DNA from: Macrostomum hystrix | Lineage: Eukaryota > Animalia > Platyhelminthes | Assembly: GCA_950097015.1 (NCBI GenBank) | Contig: CATNEN010000029.1 | Location: forward strand, 1,860,001-1,924,000 | Length of the DNA: 64,000 nt | Reading direction: 5' to 3' | Shown: positions 1 to 11,379 of the stretch, piece after piece | Layout of the letters: the number at the start of each line of letters is the position of its first letter | Position numbering within the stretch: the first letter of the stretch is position 1 | Made by a program: the position numbers and the translations under genes | The notes under the pieces: model-generated | What the model saw: the letters and a program-made list of their open reading frames with translations, nothing else | The model's database searches: none | Told to the model about the DNA's origin: nothing

Positions 1-111
1 TTCCCTATGTATTACAAACTCAGGTAAACTTGGAGAGTACACTTGTCTAACTAATTAGCAAAGCAATATCTAGCTCAATACCTAAAATATTCTCAAAGCA
101 AAGTATATAGG

Positions 112-300
112 GGCTGTAGCCTAGTGGTTAGAGCGTCGGATTCACGACTTGTAGGTTAGAGGTTCGATTCCACAGAAACAGTTTGTGTACTTTAGCAAGA
201 CAATTAACACTTAATTGATGGCTGGGTTTGGAAAATAGCCTCAGTCCATGGACTGAACAGCCGTACACAGCCTTCAGATGCGTGCTGTCGGCTGTACATC
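112..300 (+). mobile_element. tRNA-derived SINE family B
   Basis: Head TAGCCTAGTGGTTAGAGCGTCGGA..CACGACTTG..GGTTCGATTCC (no closing acceptor stem), TTTAGCAAGA block, 3' palindrome TCAGTCCATGGACTGA. Confidence 0.75.
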
Positions 301-823
301 TGGCCCGATTATTCTTTTTTTAAGAGATAAGAGACTTCAGCTAAAAATTTACTCGTTAACAAAATTCAAAGAACCAACGGGGCATAGCAACGGCCTGAGC
401 ACTTTGATGGTGTTACCGGCTTGCAAGCGGCAAGCAATTCACCAGTGAGTCTCACATTAAGTTGGGTCAAATGATCCGATAAAACAAAGCATGGGAGGCA
501 CGTGATAGTTGGGTTTGCTACAAATTTTCTCATTCACCTATAGAAGAACTAGAAGTAATTTTTTTAACCTCATTGTACCAAGCGATTCTAAAAAAGCAAT
601 GATACGAGTAGAAATCTGATCAGATCAAAATCAAATCAAAATCGAATAAAATAATGAGCTGTTGAAACTAAGTATAAATTTGTTGCTACTGCTAACTCGG
701 CCTCAATAGGCTTTAGATTTATGAGGAGGTTGTGATGCTTGCACATCCCGCAACCGGTTCATTTTAAATCGTTTATACCACGAGAACCCAATCAGAGAGC
801 CGCTAGTAGCGGCCGCAACTTAC

Positions 824-905
824 CGCACTTTCGTTTCGATTTGGCACCGGAACCCACGTGCTTGAGGCGACCAATTAGGAAACTGACTTTGCCCTGTGCC
901 GAAGA
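824..905 (-). CDS. MPDZ: Exon: PDZ11-like end
   Basis: SSAQGKVSFLIGRLKHVGSGAKSKRKC; ttgcag|TCT, G|gtaagt; not in the ORF track. Confidence 0.88.
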
Positions 906-1001
906 CTGCAATTAAGATAGGATAATTAAGATAAGATAGGACTGCAACTGCGAACACTGCGAACAGGTTATCAAAATTCCAACTGATTAGCCGTATTTTA
1001 C

Positions 1002-1118
1002 CTTCAACATTGCCGCCACCTCCGAGTGGGGTGCCTTGCGCACGTCCGTGCCATTTATCTCCAGGATTCTGTCGCCAGGCTGCAGGCGGCTGTCGCTCTC
1101 AGCGGCGCCGCCTCTGAT
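1002..1118 (-). CDS. MPDZ: Exon: PDZ11-like middle
   Basis: IRGGAAESDSRLQPGDRILEINGTDVRKAPHSEVAAMLK; acacag|ATC, AAG|gtaaaa. Confidence 0.93.
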
Positions 1119-1174
1119 CTGTGTATCCGGGATGGCAGGAATGGGAAAAATAGATTCGGTAACCAGTTTCAGAC

Positions 1175-1281
1175 GAGCTGCTGTACCACTGACCAAGTCA
1201 CACTCAACAACAACCAGCATCACATGAGCTGCTGTACCACTGACCAAGTCACACTCAACTACAACCAGCATCACATGAGCT
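1175..1281. repeat. 51-bp tandem duplication
   Basis: GAGCTGCTGTACCACTGACCAAGTCACACTCAAC.ACAACCAGCATCACAT x2. Confidence 0.9.
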
Positions 1282-1367
1282 ACAGCTAAAATATAAAATT
1301 CTAACCTCCTATAATTTGTTAAGCGAACGAACTTCCAGTACCAAATATACGCAGAGCGTTAACTCAC

Positions 1368-1676
1368 AATGTCCGACACCTGCACACCCTCGTCCCGAGA
1401 GCGACCGACAATGCTGAAGCCGAGTCCTCGGCCGGGCTTCCTCACAAGGTCCAGCCGATGCAGCTCGTACAGGTCCGCCTCCGTGACGGCCTTTTCATCG
1501 CGACGCACTCGTAGACGAACGCGAGGCCCGGCCTGAAGGATGACCGACTTGGCTTCGTCGTGAGTGATTCCGGCCAGTGATCGATCGCCCACAGACAGGA
1601 TTTGATCGCCCGGTCGGAGTCGGCGATCGATGCCGGCCGCGCCAGCATCGTACACCTCGTGAATGATGATGGCGTT
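1368..1676 (-). CDS. MPDZ: Exon: PDZ10-like end and PDZ11-like start
   Basis: NAIIIHEVYDAGAA...GDQIL...RKPGRGLGFSIVGRSRDEGVQVSDI; cgacag|AAC, ATT|gtgagt. Confidence 0.95.
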
Positions 1677-1780
1677 CTGTCGGTGGGAGACGTTGACGCA
1701 AGATTTTTGTTGGGAATTTTAGCAGAAAAAAACAAATATTATTTAATTAGCCTAACTCCTACTATAAACCTTTCGTAAGA

Positions 1781-2141
1781 ATAATAATAACTGCAGGAGG
1801 GCTGCGGGCAATGGCACATCATTTGGTGACACTAGACCCGCAGCCAGCGAGGAGGCAATTCTGCCCATTTCGCTGACTCCTCGGAACACACGCACACAGA
1901 TACCGTACGCAGGCACACACTCACACAGGTGTGTACATCTGCCCTGACTTTTCTCATCGTTAGACAGTTTACACTTCACTGTGCTTAGGAGGTTGGCCCT
2001 CAAGGGCTTAAATTGCACGACAAGCCCCCAAAACCTTCCCTCCGCGGCTACGTCCTAAAATGAATGCCGCGGAATCGAGCTCAGGGACCTTGGTGCGAGG
2101 GGCAAACGCGTTAACCGCTCTGCCACTCACCCTCCAAAGCG
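1781..2141 (-). mobile_element. tRNA-derived SINE family A, full-length copy
   Basis: A/B-box head (TGGCAGAGCGG...GCTCGATTCC), ~340-bp body shared with other copies, (TTA)n tail, 9-bp TSD TTCGTAAGA (1772-1780 / 2142-2150). Confidence 0.88.
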
Positions 2142-3373
2142 TTCGTAAGATAAGTTCGATCTTATCTCGGCAGTGAAAATGTCAGCCCTCAAGTCATTGG
2201 AATACGGAGCAAATTAATAAAATGCTCCCACTGCTGACAAATGGACGAAAATAACAAAGCCAATTTCGGTCGATAATTAATGACACATCTGGTTCAATCT
2301 CTAGTCAGCACGCACGGCACGTCCCGGCAAAAGTCGATATCGTGCCTTCATCTTACGAGCTCGTACATTTCCTGCAAGTCTAGTTCTTGGCATCTTTTTT
2401 CTATACATAGCTTACTGAGCAAAGTAGATCTCAAGGAGAAGTGGAACCTCCGCCCCCAGGCTGACCTGTCAGCTGCAGCATGGCCAGGAAGAGACAAGCA
2501 GACATAGAAAAAGGTAAAGCAGCAGGAGAGAATAGTCAGGGAGAGAAGACGTGACTATACTTTGCCCTCTCGGTGGCGGAGGGGAGGTTGTCGTCGCTAA
2601 GCATAACACTTTCGCCTTCAACTAACTGCATGGCCCCCAGACAGGAAGAAGAAAAAGCCAGAGTGAGATTGAAAGGGAGGCCAGACGGGAATGAGGGCGT
2701 CGGGGATTAGGAACACGCTTTGGGAGATAAGCATGGAGGATGATAATTCCCCCCTCGCCAGTCGGCCTCCCATTCCTTCTACCTGCCCTAGACATCTTAT
2801 GCGGAGTGAATCTAGATTAATAATTAAAGCAGGCCGAATAACCTTAGCCCGACACACCTCCGGGTTGTCAAGCTTTGAATGAGCGAATTGAATTCAGAGC
2901 TTTGAGCATAAATTGAACTGCCTCACTAAGTAGCACAGTCCACACAGAGTTCAAATCGCATAGTTTATTAGGCTGCTCATGCATGGGATCTGTCTGAATG
3001 GATGGGTTAGATTTCCTAGTCTGCTGATGATAATTCACACTGAATGAATCGGCAAATATGAAAGTCTTTTCTTTAAAGCAAAAAATGTCAAAGGGTCCCT
3101 GTGAACCCCTTAGCCTCATTATCCGAGGAGTACCTTCATAACTTCATCTCCTTTCAAACCCAGATTCTCGATTGCTGCTGCGACTATGTTTGAAGGCGGA
3201 ATAATGGGGACGGGCAAGAATGGGGAGTGCATTTCCGGATTAGGCTTGAGCGGGTACCCGACGAAATAAGACCGAATCTTATACTCAACTTCCCATAGAT
3301 CCTCAGCTCCCAGATCCTATATAGGGCAGTTTTATTCCCGCGCGACCCTTGAGGAGAAATGAATTTAGCATGC

Positions 3374-3431
3374 CTGCTCAAACCAGTCCCTGTGTGGGAC
3401 GGCTGCTCAAACCAGTCCCTGTGTGGGACGG
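3374..3431. repeat. 29-bp tandem duplication
   Basis: CTGCTCAAACCAGTCCCTGTGTGGGACGG x2. Confidence 0.9.
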
Positions 3432-3837
3432 GACGGACTCGACTTTAAGCCCTTGGAGATGATTAAGGATGAAGAGGAGAGCAGGGCGCAATGATCCGAC
3501 TGTTTTCTGTCCATCTCTTCACCTTGCAAAGCAACTCCGACAGACCCCCTCCCCAGAGCCATGTGGCCCTTTAGAATTCTGTCAACTGGCAACTTGGTCC
3601 GAGCCTGCTTAAATCCAACGCATTCATCTGCATCTCTCTCTCTCTCTCTCTATCTCTCTCAACGTCGCATAAAGCTGACGGTAATTCCTACGAGTCACAT
3701 TAAATTAATTCACATTTCGTAATGCAGAGTCATCCAACTGTATCCTGTTTGTTTCTTCTGATACTTTTGATTTCATTCCGACCGATGAAAATAAAAAGCC
3801 TTCGATTACATTGCTTTTTGAACAGTCGAAAAACTAC

Positions 3838-3995
3838 CAGTTAACTGACACACAAAGACTCCGATTTCAACTGACACAAAAACTGAATCTCACGCTAAAA
3901 CAAAGACTCCGATTTCAACTGACACAAAGACTCAATCTCCGACTGACGCAAAGACTCGGGTTTCAACTGACACAAAGACTCACTCTTCAACTTAC
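3838..3995. repeat. Degenerate ~24-bp minisatellite
   Basis: CAACTGACACAAAGACTC-type units. Confidence 0.8.
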
Positions 3996-4030
3996 ACAAT
4001 GGTTTTAACGCCAACAGAAAAATGACTCAC

Positions 4031-4425
4031 CAAGGCAGTATCACTACCGCCGACAATGCTGACACCGAGGCTGTTGTCACCTTTGTTGATCTCGATAAGA
4101 GTCTCCCGGCCAACCTGGATGTCGCAAGTTGCCGGATTGCCCGAGGCCGTTGTCGCTGTTGTCAACACCGCAGCTTCGTCGTTCGACGCTGCCGAGGCTG
4201 CGCCCGTAGCAGTCGCCGAAGTCGCTGCCGCCATCGCCGCGGCCGCAGGCGGTGTCGAAGTTGTCAATGCTTCTCCCGACGATGCCGCCGCCGCAGCAGT
4301 CGAGGCAGTCGCCACCGCCGAAGCCTGCTGACTGTTCTTGACCATATCCGGTGCTGTTGATTCACCTTTTGCCGCTGCTGCTATTGCTGAAGGCGCTTCG
4401 TCGGCTCTGGACCGTTTCTGGGGAC
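4031..4425 (-). CDS. MPDZ: Exon: Ala-rich linker and start of PDZ10-like domain
   Basis: ...DIQVGRETLIEINKGDNSLGVSIVGGSDTAL; cttttag|GT, TTG|gtgagt; phase 1-0. Confidence 0.93.
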
Positions 4426-4581
4426 CTAAAAGACCAGATTTACAGCTTTACAAGGTTTCAATTCCAGTCCGAGCCGAGTACATATAGGACTGGCCTCCTC
4501 TTAAACAGGCCAAATCCTCCACCTTGCCAAAATTCACGTGGATTCGCTGCTTCCTTGCATCCAATCAGATGATTTCGGTGG

Positions 4582-4708
4582 CACACACACACTCACACAC
4601 ACTCACACTCACACTCACACTCACACTCACACTCACGCTCACACTCACACTCACACACTCACACTCACACTCACACTCACATTCACACTCACACTCACAC
4701 TCACACTC
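4582..4708. repeat. (CACACT)n microsatellite
   Basis: Direct reading. Confidence 0.95.
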
Positions 4709-5414
4709 AATTTTGAACCAATATGAATTCGCCAAAGAGGTTTCTACAGAACACTGTCACTGGTTCTTGTCTACAGGGTCTTCAAAGTTAGTTCATCGTA
4801 AAGAGCGGAAACTTTTGATTCAGATGGTGGAAATTCACGAAAATCGGTTATTCGGTTTGGGATCAATTGTGAAGTAGGCAGTGGGTATTTCAAAAACCTT
4901 CGTCGGGGGGGGGGGGGAAATAGCGTGTCCTTCTACTGTTAAAGCTCTGAGCCTGTCCTACGTGGGTCAAATCAGGCCAGGCCCCAGTCCTGCACTGTTT
5001 AAGCAGAAACTAGAAGTGTAAGCAAACGAATAAATGAAGGAAAGAGGGAAGGAAGGAAGTTGGCTTCGTCCAGTTCAACGATTGAATAACAAGGAACCGG
5101 CAGGGCAAGCGGAGAGCGAAGAGGAGAAGTTAAGCTTGGATATAGGCCTAATTCTTTGTTGCGAAGCGAACGCTGGACCATCGGTCCCGCTTGGTTGCCA
5201 TGGCAACACTCGACAGAGTTTTCCTGCGCCTTCTATTTCTTAACCTCTCTCCCTCGCTTCCCCCAGTTTCTCTTTCGCTTCAATTCCATTCTGGTCTTCA
5301 AACGAAGCTCTTTTGGGGAACTTTTATACATAGTCGGTTCAATTCAGATACAAGTATCGGCGATATCAGAGATTGAACATCTACGAGTATATAGTCTGAT
5401 TTTACAGCCAGAAA

Positions 5415-5892
5415 GATGGATTTGACAGAGAGACAAATGGATTTGACAGAGACAAATGGATTTGACAGAGAGACAAATGGATTTGACAGTCAGACAAATG
5501 GATTTGACAGAGAGACAAATGGATTTGACAGTCAGACAAATGGATTTCACAGTCAGACAAATGGATTTGACAGAGAGACAAATGGATTTGACAGTCAGAC
5601 AAATGGATTTCACAGTCAGACAAATGGATTTGACAGTGAGACAAATGGATTTTTTCAGCAAAACAGTCGGATTAGACAGCCATCAAGTCGGATTAGACAG
5701 CCATCAAGTCGGATTAGACAGCCATCAAGTCGGATTAGACAGCAAAACAGTCGGATTTGACAGCCATCAAGTCGGATTAGACAGCCATCAAGTCGGATTT
5801 GACAGCCATCAAGTCGGATTGGACAGCAAAACAGTCGGATTTGACAGCAAAACAGTCGGATTTGACAGCCATCAAATTGGATTTGACAGTCC
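5415..5892. repeat. Two adjoining related 21-bp minisatellites
   Basis: GATTTGACAGAGAGACAAATG then GATTAGACAGCCATCAAGTCG. Confidence 0.92.
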
Positions 5893-5933
5893 GAAAGTTG
5901 AATTTGAACAAAGTAAAGCCTATTCGAGCTCAC

Positions 5934-6276
5934 CATCTTTCATATCCTTCTCAGGTGTTGTCATGCGGACCTCCTTCTTGATAGTCGCAGGAGTCGCAGA
6001 AGCTGCCACCGCAGACGGCTCAACCCGACGGCCGACGGTGATGCTGACTGCGCCAGACATTGAGCGCAGCCGGTCCAGAGCTTCATCATAGGTAGCCTCG
6101 GCCAGTGAAAATTCGTTGGCCCGCAGAAGGCGATCCCCGGTGCGCAGGGTGCCATCGTCGGCCGCCGGGCCGCCGTCGGTGATATGCTTAACGTAGATGC
6201 CAGGCTCGTCGTTGAAGTTGCGCTCCATGATGGCGAAGCCGAGGCCTTGCTTGCCCTGGCGGTTGCATTCGGTGCC
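5934..6276 (-). CDS. MPDZ: Exon: PDZ9-like domain
   Basis: GTECNRQGKQGLGFAIMER...GIYVKHITDGGPAADDGTLRTGDRLL...; gtttag|GGC, G|gtgagc; phase 0-1. Confidence 0.92.
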
Positions 6277-6296
6277 CTAAACACTTGCGTTTTAAG

Positions 6297-6930
6297 TCCA
6301 TCAGATCCCACAGATCCCACTGATCCCACTGATCCCACTGATTCCACTGATTCTACTGATCCCACTGATCCCACTGATCCCACTGATCCCACTGATTCCA
6401 CTGATTCCACTGATCCCACTGATCCCACAGATCCCACTGATCCCACTGATCCCACTGATTCCACTGATTCTACTGATCCCACTGATCCCACTGATCCCAC
6501 TGATCCCACTGATTCCACTGATTCCACTGATTCCACTGATCCCACTGATCCCACTGATCCCACTGATCCCACTGATTCCACTGATTCCACTGATCCCACT
6601 GATCCCACTGATTCCACTGATTCCACTGATCCCACTGATCCCACTGATCCCACTGATTCCACTGATTCCACTGATCCCACTGATCCCACTGATCCCACTG
6701 ATCCCACTGATCCCACTGATCCCACTGATCCCACTCATACCACTGATCCCACTGATCCGACTGATCCCACTCATCCCACTGAACCCACTGATCCCACTGA
6801 TCCCACTGATCCCACTGATCCCACTGATCCCACTGATCCCACTAATCCCACTCATCCCACTCATCCCACTAATCCGACAGATCCCCTGATTACACTGAGC
6901 CCACTGAATCCACTAACCCGCTGATCCCAC
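6297..6930. repeat. 9-bp minisatellite (ACTGATCCC)n filling an intron
   Basis: Direct reading; intron 6277-6960. Confidence 0.95.
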
Positions 6931-6960
6931 TGACAAGTACCCAGGATTTTCAAGTCGTAC

Positions 6961-7227
6961 CTTAACTAAATTGCAGGTATACTCAACACCGTAGGGTCCA
7001 ATCACCGGAGGCTGCGTGGGCGGTGGCGCTGGCTCCGGCCCTATATCGTCGTCTTCATCCTGAATGGCAACCGGCGGAGAGTCGCACTGCCTCACAGCCG
7101 GGGCACCGTTGGCGTTGGTCTGCGGCTGCCGCTCGTCCGCCTTTGACGCGAAGCTGCCAACAGCCAGGCGTTCCAGCTCACCAGGACTTATCGACGTCTC
7201 CGGCTGTCTGGGATTGGCCGGTGTGTA
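6961..7227 (-). CDS. MPDZ: Exon: Pro/acidic linker into PDZ9-like domain
   Basis: YTPANPRQ...GPYGVEYTCNLVK; atcccag|TAC, AAG|gtacga; phase 0-0. Confidence 0.87.
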
Positions 7228-7289
7228 CTGGGATAAGAGGAAATGGGAGAATGATGAGAAGAATTTCCAAAATACTGAACATAACAAAC

Positions 7290-7392
7290 TGTTCGAACTA
7301 CCCGAACTGTCCGAACTACCCGAACTAACCGAACTACCCGAACTGTCCGAACTACCCGAACTACCCGAACTGTCCGAACTGCCCGAACTAAA
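7290..7392. repeat. 9-bp minisatellite (CGAACTACC/CGAACTGTC)
   Basis: Direct reading. Confidence 0.9.
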
Positions 7393-8019
7393 TCTGCATG
7401 ACATACAAAAGTCCATGCCAGAGCTTAATAGAAGGAACTAATTCCCTGATGAGGAAGCGAATATTTATAACTACCTAGGGTATTTAATCCTTCATTCGCA
7501 CAAGACACTAGTTCTTTAGAATTTAGACTTTGTGCTAATCCATTGAGCGGCTAATCTATCGCCGACCCAAGTAAAACTGTACCCTGCAGACAAAATTTGC
7601 ACTGCTAATTTTTCCCTGACATCCCTATAAGCTCAACTTCTGATCCGGAGAATTAAATGGAAAAGCACTCGAGTTGGACAGGCTAGGATTAGGATGAGGG
7701 AAAAAGAGGATAAGGGAGAATAAGAAACATGCTCATCAGTTCGAACAGATGCTAATCCGTGCCAGATCCCATGGCCCCTAGGGCTGAGCCAGCGACATAT
7801 TTTCTATTTTTCTCCTGAGCAGGCCCAGACAGGCAGAGATCTAATTAATTAAACGGAAAAGAGACAAGTTAGGTCTCGATTCCCAGATTAGGCCAGACCG
7901 AGCTGGGTGAATGAAATTAGAATGAAAAACTTGCATGCGTGACAAGAATGTGTGAAATGGAAGGCTTACAACCTAGGTGCAGTTCTCATTCTGCCTCCCT
8001 TTATTCCGTTCCCACTCCA

Positions 8020-9095
8020 GCCCGATACCGCTCCCATCCGCTCCGACTCCGCTCCCATCCGCTCCGACTCCGCTCCCATCCGCTCCGACTCCACTCCCAT
8101 CCCGCCTCGATTCCGCTCCCACACAGCCTTGATTCCGCTCCCATCCCGCTCCGATACCGCTCCCATCCCGCCTCGATTCCGCTCCCATCCGGCCTCGATT
8201 CCGCTCCCATCCGACCTCGATTCCGCTCCCATCCTGCCTCGATTCCGCCCCCATCCCGCCTCGATTCCGCTCCCATCCGACCTCGATTCCGCTCCCATCC
8301 TGCCTCGATTCCGCCCCCATCCCGCCTCGATTCCGCTCGCATCCCGCTCCGATACCGCTCCCATCCGGCCTCGATTCCGCTCCCATCCTGCCTCGATTCC
8401 GCTCCCACACAGCCTTGATTCCGCTCCCATCCGACCTCGATTCCGCTCCCATCCGCTCTGATTCCGCTCCCATCCCGCCTCGATTCCGCTCCCATCCTGC
8501 CTCGATTCCGCTCCCATCCGACCTCGATTCCGCTCCCATCCTGCCTCGATTCCGCCCCCATCCCGCCTCGATTCCGCTCGCATCCCGCTCCGATACCGCT
8601 CCCATCCGGCCTAGATTCCGCTCCCATCCTGCCTCGATTCCGCCCCCATCCCACCTCGATTCCGCTCCCATCCCGCTCCGATACCGCTCCCATCCCGCCT
8701 CGATTCCGCTCCCATCCCGCTCCGATACCGCTCCCATCCCGCCTCGATTCCGCTCACATCCGGCCTCGATTCCGCTCCCATCCTGCCTCGATTCCGCCCC
8801 CATCCCGCCTCGATTCCACCCCCATACGGCCGCGATTCCGCTCCCATCCCGCCTCGATTCTGCCCCCACTCCGCCTTGATTCCGCTCCCACTCCGACTCG
8901 ATTCCGCCCCCATCCTGCCTCGATTCCGGTCCCACTCCGCCTCGATTCCGGTCCCACTCCGCCTTGATTCCGCCCCCATCCCGCCTCGATTCCGGTCCCA
9001 CTCCGCCTTGATTCCGATCCCACTCCGCTCCCATTCCGCTCCCATCCTGCCATCCGCTCCCATCCCGCATCGATTCCCGCCCCTCTCCGCTCCCC
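8020..9095. repeat. 11/22-bp minisatellite CCGCTCCCATCCCGCCTCGATT
   Basis: Direct reading. Confidence 0.95.
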
Positions 9096-9714
9096 CTCTC
9101 AACTCATTTCTGACGACCAGTTTTAATCACATGCTCACAAAGCTGCAAATATGTTGTCAGAGACACCCCTTTCACATTGAAGCCAAGCCTCCTAGTGCCC
9201 TCAGCTAGTCCGACGCCGTGTGGCGACAGCACGGAATTCAATTAGGATCAACTGCTGCTCTGCCTGTAACTTCCCCACACGAAGCGTGCTGTTGCTTGAG
9301 GCAGCAGAAAAAAGAAGCATAATATATGTCCAACAGCTTCAACGAAAAAGGATGCAGCCAAATTTATAATCAGATTATCTTTTTTGGAAAAGCAGCAGGA
9401 TGAAATCAGACAGCTACAGGAGAGACAAAGCCTGGACTCTGTTGGGAATATTAATATTGAGACAGGACTAATGAAGCGGCCGACTCACAGCATAAGGTAT
9501 TTATGAGGCCGAAAATGATCCAACAGAATTCACTTCACAGTGAAACTGATCTAAGCCTCAGGCCATGTGATACCCAGTTCTCTGTTGAGATCATTATCGA
9601 CTGGGCTTTTAATTTCATTGCGGTTTAAGTTAAACACGTCTCACCAGTCTTTTCCGCTCTATTTTCTCCTCTCTTCTCGCTTCATTTTTTCCCGCCCACC
9701 TTAACATTTTTCTG

Positions 9715-10258
9715 CTCTCCTTAACTCTTTTCCGATCTCCTTAACTCGTTTCCGCTCTCCTTAACTCTTTTCCGCTCTCCTTAACTCGTTTCCGCTCTCC
9801 TTAACTCTTTTCCGCTCTCCTTAACTCTTTTCCGCTCTCCTTAACTCTTTTCCGCTCTCCTTAACTCTTTTCCGCTCCCCTTAACTCTTTTCCGCTCACC
9901 TTAACTCTTTTCCGCTATCCTTAACTCTTTTCGACTCACCTTAACTCTTTTCCGCTCACCTTAACTCTTTTCCGCTCTCCTTAACTCTTTTCCGCTCTCC
10001 TTAACTCTTTTCCGCTCCCCTTAACTCTTTTCCGCTATCCTTAACTCTTTTCCACTCACCTTAACTCTTTTCCGCTCACCTTAACTCTTTTCCGCTATCC
10101 TTAACTCTTTTCTACTCACCTTAACTCTTTTCCGCTCACCTTAACTCTTTTCCGCTATCCTTAACTCTTTTCCGCTCTCCTTAACTCTTTTCCGCTCACC
10201 TTAACTCTTTTCCGCTATCCTTAACTCTTTTCTACTCACCTTAACTCTTTTCCGCTTC
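9715..10258. repeat. 20-bp minisatellite CCTTAACTCTTTTCCGCTCT
   Basis: Direct reading. Confidence 0.95.
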
Positions 10259-10420
10259 CCAATCACTCTTTCAACGTCTGCTCACTAAAGCGCTCTTAAC
10301 TCCACAAACGCAAAAGTTAAAATTATATAATTATCTTCGTTTTCGCGTGGTCCACAAATGATTCGCCTTAAGCTCTTATGTCGCTACTATTAGTAATGAG
10401 AGCAGTCCGGAAAAACTCAC

Positions 10421-10582
10421 ATCAACCGGCAGACTGAACGGAGGCGGGACCGGCTTCACGGCCATGCTGGCAATGTTGTTGGGCCGGCGGACGATCACCA
10501 GCTTGACTCGGCGGGTCTGGCAGCCAATGATCAGCGGCGCTGCGTTCAGGTGCGACTTGCCTAGCAACACCTGCCCGTTCAC
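10421..10582 (-). CDS. MPDZ: Exon: PDZ8-like end
   Basis: VNGQVLLGKSHLNAAPLI...VKLVIVRR...MAV; gtccag|GTG, GAT|gtgagt. Confidence 0.93.
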
Positions 10583-10794
10583 CTGGACAGTGGGATTGAT
10601 ACAGGTGATACAAATTGAAAGCGAATATGCAAAACGAACTGCTGATATAAGTAGAGTAGATAGTAAAACATTATACTGATAGGCTGAAAGTAAAAAAATC
10701 TAAATCGAATCGAAGTCCGAAGCTTGAAGCCACTAAACTGCAAGCTTTCTAAGAAATCTAAGACACCAAATTCGTGCTCAACCATTTCTGTCAC

Positions 10795-10994
10795 CTCAAG
10801 CAGCTCGTCGCCGATCCTCAGTCGGCCGTCCTCGGCCGCGGCTCCGTCCGGCCGGATGCCGCACACGAAGACGGACATCTTGGAGGTGTCCCGGTTGCCA
10901 GCCAGCGAGATGCCCAGATTGCGCCTGTCCCGCTTCTCAATGTCCAGCACCAGGACCTGGCCGTTGATGTCGACATATTTCTTGGCTAATCGCT
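10795..10994 (-). CDS. MPDZ: Exon: PDZ8-like N-terminal part
   Basis: RLAKKY...NLGISLAGNRDTSKMSVFVCGI...DGRLRIGDELLE; tttttag|AG, GAG|gtgaca. Confidence 0.95.
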
Positions 10995-11379
10995 CTAAAA
11001 ATGAAATCGATTGCATGCTTAGGCGACGAGTTATTTTTTAATGAAGCTCAACAAAGCTGTGACATCTTAATGCGAATTCTCTAGAGATTCATTAGTGACA
11101 TTGGTTAAAATTGAGTTGGCTTGTAGTACATTTAGTAATACGTTTTGATATGCCAACCTGTGACCAATCAGCTAGTTTTCTAAACTCTGTCTGACTGTCT
11201 GAACAAAACGATTTGGTTCGTGAATGCGTACATTCAAAACTAATGTACATGCCTTTGTTAAATTTTCATGTTTTGTATACACTTATTATCTGCCCATTGA
11301 TCTAGCTGTTTAGAATGCACTCTTTGATGATATATCAGTCTAATTTGTTATAACAACATTATTCACATTCCTCGTTATA

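Noticed and set aside
112-185. tRNA gene-like sequences (also 41510-41580, 52360-52409, 54243-54270, 61757-61825 and SINE-A heads)
   Set aside because: No closing acceptor stem and weak anticodon stems; each is followed by a shared SINE body, so they are SINE heads rather than tRNA genes.
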